The translations under genes and the position numbers were made by a program. Below, piece after piece: positions 35,468 through 43,681 of a stretch of 64,000 nt of DNA. Origin of the DNA: a virus; IMG/VR virus record IMGVR_UViG_3300045988_073455; one strand, 5' to 3'. How positions within the stretch are numbered: position 1 is the stretch's first letter; every line of letters begins with the position of its first letter. The notes below the pieces were generated by a model that saw nothing but the letters and a program-made list of their open reading frames with translations, ran no database searches and was not told the DNA's origin.

Positions 35468-35541
35468 CGGGTATAGCTCAGTCGGTCAGAGCGTTACATT
35501 CCCAATGTGAAGGTCGAAGGTTCGAGTCCCTCTAGCCGCTC
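35468..35541 (+). tRNA. tRNA-Gly(CCC)
   Basis: Fold: GCGGGTA-TA-GCTC-AGTCGGTCA-GAGC-G-TTACA-TTCCCAA-TGTGA-AGGTC-GAAGG-TTCGAGT-CCCTC-TAGCCGC. There is one acceptor-stem and one T-stem mismatch. Confidence 0.75.
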
Positions 35542-35569
35542 TATTTTTGTAGAATTAAAATAAAAGAGC

Positions 35570-36637
35570 ATGAAAATAGCAGTTATAGGAACGGGCAACG
35601 TGGGAGTAGCTTTTGCCGCAGACCTCTCTATTAAAGGTCATGAAGTTACACTCCTAAAGACATCTTCATACAAATCAGATGCCTTTGATAGACTTATCAA
35701 GAACGGCAAAAGGGTTTTTCTTAAAGAGAAATCAACTTATATAGAAACTGCAATCAAAGAGGTTTCTAAAGACCTCAGTAAGGTTGCAGAAGCAGAAGTT
35801 ATATTTTGTACTATTCAGAGTAACTTCTATGAGGGTCTAGTAGAACGTATACATCAATACCTTCACAATGATCAGATTGTTGTCTGTATCTCTAGTTACG
35901 CATCCTCTTTCTATTTTGAGAAACATTGCAGAAAACTACCAATGTTAGTTGAAGCAACAGGTCCATATTTGGAAGGACGAGTAGAGTTGGATGATAAACC
36001 AAACGAAGTTGTTTTTCGTGTTGGTTATAGGCATGAAGTTATTCCTGTAGCATGCTTTTCTAATCATGATACCTGCATGGAGAAACTGCATAAAATTAGC
36101 AAAGGTTTTATAGCAAAATATTGCGTGCTTGAATCTGCATTACTCAATCCAAATATGGTGTTGCATACGGTAGGTTCAATTATGAGTATTCCGAGAATAG
36201 AATATTCAAAGGGAAATTTCTGTATGTATCGTGAAGCATACGCAAGAGGAAATGACTCCACCATCAATCTATTGATGAGACTTGACGAAGAAAAGATGAA
36301 AGTCTTAAAAAGCTTGGGCTTTTTCAAAACAAGCGTATTTGAAGCAGGAGGTTTTAATATGTCAGACCCAATAGAGAGTTTGCATCGTTACTCAGAATCT
36401 AGTGATAGAGCCATCAGCCCAACATCTGTTCACTCACGTTACATCACAGAAGACGTTTCAGAGGGATTGGTACTGATGGAGAGTATTGCACTTCATATAG
36501 GCTTAGAGTTACCAGTTACATCATCCCTCATTACGCTTGCAAGTGTAGCTTTAGGAATAGACTTCCGTAAGACAGGAAGAACTATTCAGAGATTAGGTAT
36601 TATTAACGAAATAGATATGCTTCATGAATGTAGATAG
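35570..36637 (+). CDS. NAD(P)-dependent opine (octopine/nopaline) dehydrogenase-family protein
   Basis: Rossmann motif MKIAVIGTGNVG. LLNPNMVLHTVGSI...FCMYREAY...LDEEKMKVLKSLGF and RYITEDVSEGLV fit the Octopine_DH C-domain pattern. Confidence 0.7.
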   Translation: MKIAVIGTGNVGVAFAADLSIKGHEVTLLKTSSYKSDAFDRLIKNGKRVFLKEKSTYIETAIKEVSKDLSKVAEAEVIFCTIQSNFYEGLVERIHQYLHNDQIVVCISSYASSFYFEKHCRKLPMLVEATGPYLEGRVELDDKPNEVVFRVGYRHEVIPVACFSNHDTCMEKLHKISKGFIAKYCVLESALLNPNMVLHTVGSIMSIPRIEYSKGNFCMYREAYARGNDSTINLLMRLDEEKMKVLKSLGFFKTSVFEAGGFNMSDPIESLHRYSESSDRAISPTSVHSRYITEDVSEGLVLMESIALHIGLELPVTSSLITLASVALGIDFRKTGRTIQRLGIINEIDMLHECR

Positions 36638-38702
36638 CGATATAAAAAACAGAACATTTGGTATTGAAATCGAAATGTGCAATCTTGAAAGGGCGAAGGT
36701 AACTTTGCCCGAAGGTTACTCCTGGAGCAAGGAAGAGAGCATTGATAATACCGATTGTTCAAGCAATAAGCAGTTTGGTGGAGAGGTAAATACCCCTCCA
36801 CTACATCTTTGCTGCCTAAAGGAATTGCACGACCTCCGCTCTGTATATGAATCAATGGTTGCTGCAGGTGGCAGGCTAAAATGGAGCATCTACACCCATG
36901 TGCACATTTATGTCGGTGATTTACCTGTTGATCAGATAAAGAAAGTATTCCTATTCTTCTATCTGTGTTACCATTATTTTAAGCAGTATGCTAAAATATC
37001 AGAATGCGATGAGCTTATATCCATAGCGATGCCAACTCCAACGGAAAAGTATTATAAAGGAGTCCTGCAGGCTCAGACTTTCGAGGATATTCAGAAGTTA
37101 TTCACTAACAACTCAAACAAAGGTTTCATACGTCATGCAGTGAATATTTCTGCATATTTTAAGACAAAGACGATAGAGTTTAGACTTTATCATGCTACTG
37201 ATGATTTCTATCAAGCTATGGCTTGTGTTCTTTCCACATACAGGCTATTTTATTACGCTATAAGCCACGAATTGGAGGATTTCAAATCAATTACATCATA
37301 CCAGCAGTTCTGTGAGGTTACTGGGCTTAAATATGATGTTCCAGACGAATTATGTCCGCTAATCTACCAAGGAAATCCATACGACAAGGTAGAGTCGTAT
37401 ATGACAAAGCCTTTACCATACAATTCTGAAATGGTTTCAGCTCTGTATGATGCTGTAAAAGCTAACGGACACAAGGAAATCTGCATAGTAAATGGCTTCA
37501 TGTATTACTATGAGTTATTCTTCCTTGATAAGATGGAAGTATCTATATACTGCCAAGATGCCTACTGTTATCTGCTCTATATGTTGGCAAATGGTAAAAC
37601 ATCACTAACATATAAGGATAAGCTTGCATGGTTGGAGGACTATAACAATTCTACACCATCAAGACAGCTTGCTTTGGCTCTTTATGCGGTGAAACTGCAA
37701 AAGTATTTCATGAGTGAATCGGCAAGAAATAGTGCCATCTTCGAAGCGTTGAAAATTAAGGCAAGGGAATCTATCGAGAAAACCGAGGAGGCAAATGAGC
37801 GATTGATGAGATTACTCACTACATGTGATTTCCATGTCGGAACACTAGAAGAAGCCATCAAGAATAAGAAGGTAATCTTCTTTAATTACGGAAGAATAGA
37901 GAAAAAGCAGAAGAGAGCATTCAAACTCATTTCTGAGAATAGTGACTTGAAATCAGACTTTTCTGTTGCAAGGAACGACTACTATAATCTTGTGGAAAGT
38001 ATTCCGAGTGATAGTTATTTCTATTATTTCAGCAACAGCCCTTATCTGAGAAACCTGCATAAGATAGCTATGTGGAATAATTCAAGTGGGGAAAGACGGT
38101 CTGCAGGAAGGTTCCTATATTGCAATAAGCCAACTGCACAAAACAATGCAAGCACCTCGTATTCTTCATACAGAATCGAATGCAATGAGATAGTTCCTCC
38201 AGATGATTTGGAGATTACAGACGCAAATAAGCTAAAGATTGAACGAGTAACCCCTCCTTTACTTCATTGCTTGCAAAAGAAGTATATCAAGAAGGTGGAC
38301 CAATGTAGTGTCTGTCAATTTGCTTTTGTGGTGAAATACGACAAATATACCCTAGGTGGATTTGGTTTTACGCTACCTCAACACAAGGGGTATGATTTGT
38401 TTCAGTTAACGGACTTCTGCACGAATAACGCAATCCCTCGATTGAGTAAACTCATACTGTACTGCATTCAGTCTGTAGGCGTTCAAAGATATGTGAGCAG
38501 AAGAATGCGCAAGCTTTGCGAGAAGGTTATCTCCTGCGCTTATACCCATAAGCCAGTGAGTATGAAATATCGTGGCGTATACAAGAAAGTGAAGGAACAC
38601 TGCACATCATCTTATCTTGCTTACGAAGGAATACTTGGTATATACCCTACGAATAAGAAAATCATTGAGAAATATCAAAAATCGTTGAAGAATGGAAAAT
38701 GA
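36624..38702 (+). CDS. glutamine-synthetase-like amidoligase (Amidoligase_2-type N-domain) fused to about 450 aa of unassigned sequence
   Basis: Motifs RTFGIEIEMC, FGGEVNTPP, YTHVHIYVG and KTIEFRLYHATDD. Overlaps the upstream stop by 14 nt. Confidence 0.7.
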   Translation: MNVDSDIKNRTFGIEIEMCNLERAKVTLPEGYSWSKEESIDNTDCSSNKQFGGEVNTPPLHLCCLKELHDLRSVYESMVAAGGRLKWSIYTHVHIYVGDLPVDQIKKVFLFFYLCYHYFKQYAKISECDELISIAMPTPTEKYYKGVLQAQTFEDIQKLFTNNSNKGFIRHAVNISAYFKTKTIEFRLYHATDDFYQAMACVLSTYRLFYYAISHELEDFKSITSYQQFCEVTGLKYDVPDELCPLIYQGNPYDKVESYMTKPLPYNSEMVSALYDAVKANGHKEICIVNGFMYYYELFFLDKMEVSIYCQDAYCYLLYMLANGKTSLTYKDKLAWLEDYNNSTPSRQLALALYAVKLQKYFMSESARNSAIFEALKIKARESIEKTEEANERLMRLLTTCDFHVGTLEEAIKNKKVIFFNYGRIEKKQKRAFKLISENSDLKSDFSVARNDYYNLVESIPSDSYFYYFSNSPYLRNLHKIAMWNNSSGERRSAGRFLYCNKPTAQNNASTSYSSYRIECNEIVPPDDLEITDANKLKIERVTPPLLHCLQKKYIKKVDQCSVCQFAFVVKYDKYTLGGFGFTLPQHKGYDLFQLTDFCTNNAIPRLSKLILYCIQSVGVQRYVSRRMRKLCEKVISCAYTHKPVSMKYRGVYKKVKEHCTSSYLAYEGILGIYPTNKKIIEKYQKSLKNGK

Positions 38703-39420
38703 AGATAGATGGAAATACGCAAAAGTTGATATAAACCTCATAGATGAGGTAGAAATCAATGCAAATGAAATGTCGGGTGAAGACTTCGCCCAACTAACAG
38801 ACAACATTGCTAAGTCTGGATTGAGTAGTGTGCCTACCTGTATCAAGAAGGATAATGGTAGATACATCATGATCAGCGGTAATCATCGTTTGAGAGCATG
38901 CAAGAAACTGCACTATAAAATGCTAGGCATCTTATATGTAGAAGAGAGCGAGATTACAAATGATGAAGCTATTGCTATTGAATTATCTCACAACTCCCTT
39001 CATGGTGAAGCTAATGTTAGCATCTTGAAGAAGTTGTTTGCATCAATTCAATCTATCGACTTCAAGAAGTTTGCTCATGTGAACATTGACGAGATTAAGC
39101 CCATAAGCACAGAGGGTATAAATGTATATGCCATGCAGGAGAATTTCGTATTCACAATCATCCTCTACCCTAGCTCATTTGCAAGTCTGGACACATTGTA
39201 TGGGGATATTCGTGAACAAGCTCGCAAAAGTGATGCTCTCGTTCTAGCTTCCGAAGAAGATAACGAGAAAACCCTGCTTAAAATCCAACAAGAGATAGGT
39301 AAGGAGTTTGGCATAAAATCCCCAAGCATCACATTTGCAAAGTTGCTAGAGTTAGCAAGTGAACGTTTAACCGAAATAAAGGAAGGAGAAAAAGAAAATG
39401 ATTTGGAGCATAACAAGTAA
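38692..39420 (+). CDS. ParB N-terminal-domain (ParB/sulfiredoxin-fold) protein
   Basis: VDINLIDEVE...RYIMISGNHRLRACKKL...AIAIELSHN fits the ParBc pattern. 11-nt overlap with the upstream gene. Confidence 0.7.
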   Translation: MENEDRWKYAKVDINLIDEVEINANEMSGEDFAQLTDNIAKSGLSSVPTCIKKDNGRYIMISGNHRLRACKKLHYKMLGILYVEESEITNDEAIAIELSHNSLHGEANVSILKKLFASIQSIDFKKFAHVNIDEIKPISTEGINVYAMQENFVFTIILYPSSFASLDTLYGDIREQARKSDALVLASEEDNEKTLLKIQQEIGKEFGIKSPSITFAKLLELASERLTEIKEGEKENDLEHNK

Positions 39421-40255
39421 GAAGGAAATGGAAGAACTGAATACACCTTCAGTTTTCAGATATTACCAAGAAGCACTTGGTAGAGAAAATATCCAATTAG
39501 CAGTTGTTGACGAGACAGACAACCTCGACTTCATTGACAAAGAGGATGTCGTATTGCTAAGAACTGCAAGTGAGTTACTCATCAATACAATCCGAAAAAA
39601 AGGTGTAAGGACCACGGCAGAAGATTTTAGCAAGTACGAACTTGTAAGGGATAAAGCTAAACTTGCAAGATGGCTTACAATGAATGGTATTAGAGTACCA
39701 CATCAGTATCATCAGGTGTTTGACTTGCACGGAAAAACTTATTTCGTAAAGCCTAGATATGGAAGTGATAGTGTTGGTATCTCTGAACTAAACATCTGTC
39801 ACACCGCGGATGAAATCAGAGTTCAAACAAAAAAGCTTGATCCGAAAGGTAAAGGAGACGTTGTTATAGAAGACTTTATAAATGGAAGAGAATTTACGGT
39901 TGTCTGCATAAAAGGCTTTCCCCTCAGAACATTTGTAATGGAGGTAATCTGTACAACAAATGGCGGCATCCAAACATACGAAAGCAAGAAAAACTATATG
40001 GAGGTCGGCTGCAAGGTCTATGGAGATTTAGATGATAGGGCTAAGAGGATAGCTTCCGATGTTTTCTCCAGTCTTGGGTTACAACATCATGCACGTATTG
40101 ATATGCGCTGCGATAATGAAGGTAACCTTTACGTGATAGACGTCAATCTCCTTCCTGGTCTCGGACCTATTGGAGATTTAGCACGTTGCTTGTTGCTAAC
40201 AGAAAATATGTCTTACATAGATGCTTTGAAAGCAGTCATAGCATCTGCAAGTTAG
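39398..40255 (+). CDS. ATP-grasp ligase (D-Ala-D-Ala-ligase-like)
   Basis: Motifs KAKLARWLTMNGIRVP, YFVKPRYGSDSVGI, VVIEDFINGREFTV and ARIDMRCDNEGNLYVIDVNLLPGLG. 23-nt overlap with the upstream gene. Confidence 0.8.
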   Translation: MIWSITSKKEMEELNTPSVFRYYQEALGRENIQLAVVDETDNLDFIDKEDVVLLRTASELLINTIRKKGVRTTAEDFSKYELVRDKAKLARWLTMNGIRVPHQYHQVFDLHGKTYFVKPRYGSDSVGISELNICHTADEIRVQTKKLDPKGKGDVVIEDFINGREFTVVCIKGFPLRTFVMEVICTTNGGIQTYESKKNYMEVGCKVYGDLDDRAKRIASDVFSSLGLQHHARIDMRCDNEGNLYVIDVNLLPGLGPIGDLARCLLLTENMSYIDALKAVIASAS

Positions 40256-40266
40256 AAAGGTTGATT

Positions 40267-40620
40267 ATGACAAAGGTAAGAAGAACAGAATTAAAAAAAA
40301 TTGCCGCTGCTTATGAAAAGAAAGGCGGCAATATGGCTGCTACGGCAGTAGCTTTGGGCATTACACGACAAGCCTTATATAACTGGCGAAAAGAGGATGA
40401 GAAGTTAGCCAAGATGTTGGATGATATAGATGAAGGCATTCTTGACTTTACTGAAAGCAAGCTGGTCGAAAAGGTGAACGAAGGTAATCTAACTGCAATA
40501 ATCTTCCTTCTGAAAACTAAGGGCAAGAAGCGTGGCTATGTCGAGCAAGTAGATAACAGATTAGTAGAAAACCCATTCGAGAAGTTAATGAAGGAGCTTC
40601 CCGATGATGAAGAAGGATAA
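40267..40620 (+). CDS. terS: terminase small subunit (HTH type)
   Basis: AATAVALGITRQALYNWRKEDEKL (HTH), LTAIIFLLKTKGKKRGY, and position upstream of terL. Confidence 0.65.
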   Translation: MTKVRRTELKKIAAAYEKKGGNMAATAVALGITRQALYNWRKEDEKLAKMLDDIDEGILDFTESKLVEKVNEGNLTAIIFLLKTKGKKRGYVEQVDNRLVENPFEKLMKELPDDEEG

Positions 40621-40622
40621 TT

Positions 40623-40952
40623 ATGTATAACGGAGAATTGTATATACCAGACTGTTTGTTTCCTACGGACAATCCGTTGGAGATACCATGTTTGTTGTCT
40701 GATGTGCAACCTCAGTACATAGAAATCCCATTCTATTGCTTTGGTGAGCAGGCAAGAACAACGAATATGAATGGCAGGGGAACACTCCACTTCTATACTG
40801 ACGATTATAGATTCCGGTCAATCTATGAGAAGCCAGAGAAGATTTTGAAGTACAACCCTGGCAGTATTATTGAGCCAAACTTCAGCTTATCAAATGATAC
40901 TCCAATAGCTTTTGAGAACCATGAGCATGAGTTCTATAGGTGGGGGGAATAA
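40623..40952 (+). CDS. DUF4417-like protein, apparently N-terminal part only
   Basis: LHFYTDDYRFRSIYEKPEKIL...IEPNFSLSNDTP matches the DUF4417 core. The ORF ends just after a G6 tract at 40938-40943. Confidence 0.5.
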   Translation: MYNGELYIPDCLFPTDNPLEIPCLLSDVQPQYIEIPFYCFGEQARTTNMNGRGTLHFYTDDYRFRSIYEKPEKILKYNPGSIIEPNFSLSNDTPIAFENHEHEFYRWGE

Positions 40953-41403
40953 GCAAGAAAGCTTCAGTGGCACCAAATCTTATGGCTTCAAGCTCGGTGG
41001 AAGAGATGTTGAAGCAAACTTTAAAAACGGAGCTATTGAAAAAATAGATCAGTACTTTAATCTCTCAACAAAGGATAGGTCTAGATTGCGTAACGCTGTG
41101 TCACACGTTCTTGGGAATACTTTGAATAAAACCAAGGGAAATGAGGTTGATGAGTATATGGTTGGCGGTTTCGATGGAACAGGACTTCGTATAATATCCT
41201 CTAGAAATAATTTTACAAAAAATATGATGATGGTAGATAAGTATGGAGTCGTCGAATATGGCAAGGGAACAGTCGACCCGTATTTGTTTAGAGGCGAAGA
41301 CATCAACCCTAAAGTGTTTAGTAAAGTATTAGACAGGGCGTTAAGAGCGCTTAAAAATCCATATAATGGAGATATAAAGCATAGAGATAAATGGAATATA
41401 TAA
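40912..41403 (+). CDS. hypothetical protein (start uncertain; overlaps the upstream ORF in the +1 frame)
   Basis: 163-aa ORF. Confidence 0.4.
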   Translation: MRTMSMSSIGGGNKQESFSGTKSYGFKLGGRDVEANFKNGAIEKIDQYFNLSTKDRSRLRNAVSHVLGNTLNKTKGNEVDEYMVGGFDGTGLRIISSRNNFTKNMMMVDKYGVVEYGKGTVDPYLFRGEDINPKVFSKVLDRALRALKNPYNGDIKHRDKWNI

Positions 41404-41509
41404 AATAATTGTTTATGGGTAAACGTAGTAATGGAACAAGAGGAATGAATAGTTTCTTATGCAAGACGTATTATAAATAAAAGATAGGAATATTTCACAA
41501 TAAATAGGA

Positions 41510-41914
41510 ATGAAGAAAAAAGGATATTACGAATACGACCCTGTTATCTATCCGAGATTGTTATGTGTCGCTATTGGCATGAGCCAAGAAGACGCTAATA
41601 AGTGTTTTGAAGGTAGAAAAGGTGAGGTTTTGAAGGTTGATTTCTCTAATTATGAAGCAATAACCTACGATATAGTTAGAGAAAAGGCGAATAAGAGGCT
41701 TTGTGCATTTATTAATTTTGCAAGCAAGGATTCTATGAAGATGAGGTGTTGTTGCCATGAAGCTTCTCATGCTTGCGATAACATCGAGAATGATATTGGT
41801 ATGGAACACGGCGGCGAACCTTCTGCCTATCTGATAGGTTGGATTGCGTCTTGCATCAACAAGGCTCGTTTGGGTAATGGTGATTTTGTAGAGATTAAGG
41901 ATAGAGAAAAATAA
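41510..41914 (+). CDS. hypothetical protein (HExxH-like CCHEASHACD)
   Basis: 134-aa ORF. Confidence 0.5.
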   Translation: MKKKGYYEYDPVIYPRLLCVAIGMSQEDANKCFEGRKGEVLKVDFSNYEAITYDIVREKANKRLCAFINFASKDSMKMRCCCHEASHACDNIENDIGMEHGGEPSAYLIGWIASCINKARLGNGDFVEIKDREK

Positions 41915-41927
41915 TATTATAAAGAAT

Positions 41928-43442
41928 ATGTCAGAACAGAAAGCAATAAAAAAAATGATTGCATGGCGCAATGATTGGTGTCTCTTCGCTAAGGAAGTCT
42001 TGAAGGCTCGCCTTGACGAAGAGCAAAAGGCTATATTGCGTTCTGTTCAAAAGAACAAAATGACAACGGTAGCCAGTGGAACTGCAAGGGGTAAGGACTT
42101 CATCGCTGCCGTAGCCGCTTTATGTTTTCTATACCTCACTCCTCGCTTCGGCAAGGATGGTAGTTTAGAAAAGAACACCAAGATTGCCCTTACAGCACCA
42201 ACAGGAAGACAGGTAACAAACATCATGATACCAGAAGTGGCACGTCTTTACAAAAAGGCAGGCTTCCTGCCTGGTCGTTTGCTGTCGGATGGCATCAGAA
42301 CTGATTATGAGGAATGGTATCTGACAGGTTTCAAATCTTCAGCCGACAACACAGAGGCTTGGTCGGGATTCCATGCTGTAAACACCATGTTCATCGTAAC
42401 AGAAGCATCCGGTATCTCGGACACCATCTATAATGCAATCGAGGGTAACCTGCAAGGTAACTCTCGATTGCTATTGGTATTCAACCCAAACGTTACTACA
42501 GGGTATGCAGCCAACTCCATGAAGTCTCCCAGATTCAAGAAGTTTAGATTATCATCTCTCAACGCAGAGAACGTAGTAAGCAAGAAAAACATTATCCCTG
42601 GTCAAGTTGACTATGAATGGGTATCCGATAAGGTCTCAGCATGGGCACAGAAGATCAGAAAGTCTGAGTTTGATGAAGGTCGTGGTGATTTTGTGTGGGA
42701 AGGTGGATATTACACTCCAAATGACCTTTTTCGTGTTAAGGTTCTCGGTATGTTTCCGAAGGTGTCCGAAGATACCCTCATTCCATACGAATGGTGCGAG
42801 ATTGCCCATAGAAGATGGAAGGAACTTAAAGATAGTGGCTTTATCACCCATAAGCCAATACGCTTAGGTGTCGATGTCGCAGGTATGGGTCGCGATAGGT
42901 CTTGCTATGTTCCACGACAAGGAAATTATGTTTCAGAAATCAAGTGTCATAATTCGGGTGGTCATGCGGACCACATGGCAGTCGCAGGTCAAGTCGCACA
43001 CTACCTAAGTTTGAGTTCAAAGAATAAAGCATTCATTGATACCATTGGAGAAGGTGCTGGAGTTTATTCAAGACTCATAGAGCAAAAGTATTTAACTGCA
43101 TTCTCTTGCAAGTTCTCGGAAGGCGTGAGAAACAAGCATGATGTGACAGGCTGCTACTCTTTCGCTAACATGAGGGCTTATCTGTTTTGGTGCATACGTG
43201 ACTGGCTCAACCCAAAGAATGGATTCTTTGCAGCACTCCCACCTGACGATGAGTTGGATCAAGAATTGTGCGAAGTGCATTGGCTGTTTCAGTCAGATGG
43301 TTCAATCATCATGGAACCAAAAGACGAAATCAAGAAGCGTCTGAAACGTTCTCCCGACAAGATGGATGCCCTTGCCAACACCTTCTATCCATACGACTTC
43401 GATAGAGACAATGATTTGCAATTGTTAAATAGTATAGTATAA
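41928..43442 (+). CDS. terL: terminase large subunit
   Basis: 504 aa with the P-loop-like VASGTARGKDF and Walker-B-like MFIVTEASG. Synteny with terS. Confidence 0.75.
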   Translation: MSEQKAIKKMIAWRNDWCLFAKEVLKARLDEEQKAILRSVQKNKMTTVASGTARGKDFIAAVAALCFLYLTPRFGKDGSLEKNTKIALTAPTGRQVTNIMIPEVARLYKKAGFLPGRLLSDGIRTDYEEWYLTGFKSSADNTEAWSGFHAVNTMFIVTEASGISDTIYNAIEGNLQGNSRLLLVFNPNVTTGYAANSMKSPRFKKFRLSSLNAENVVSKKNIIPGQVDYEWVSDKVSAWAQKIRKSEFDEGRGDFVWEGGYYTPNDLFRVKVLGMFPKVSEDTLIPYEWCEIAHRRWKELKDSGFITHKPIRLGVDVAGMGRDRSCYVPRQGNYVSEIKCHNSGGHADHMAVAGQVAHYLSLSSKNKAFIDTIGEGAGVYSRLIEQKYLTAFSCKFSEGVRNKHDVTGCYSFANMRAYLFWCIRDWLNPKNGFFAALPPDDELDQELCEVHWLFQSDGSIIMEPKDEIKKRLKRSPDKMDALANTFYPYDFDRDNDLQLLNSIV

Positions 43443-43480
43443 ATTTGCAAGATACAGAAAAGTTTTGTAACTTTGCAGCC

Positions 43481-43547
43481 GAAACGTTACCTTTAACGTT
43501 TCATTGCTCTTAGTGCACTCCGACCGTGAGGTTAGAGTGCATTTTTT
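43481..43547 (+). ncRNA. candidate small RNA or 3'-UTR element carrying an antisense copy of the phage start motif
   Basis: Possible promoter TTTG (43444) -N20- TAACTTTG (43468-43475). 5' hairpin AAACGTTA/TAACGTTT (43482-43501), exposed CATTGCTCTTAG (43502-43513), and terminator TGCACTC/GAGTGCA (43514-43541) plus T6. Confidence 0.35.
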
Positions 43548-43681
43548 ATTTAATATAAAGTAATTCAGAAAAAGACTATACACTTCAATATAAGCCTTTC
43601 TAAGCGGTTCATTTTTTATCTCCATATAACTTATACCATTTTTAAGAAATAGACTTACATACACAAAATTAATAGTTTGAC

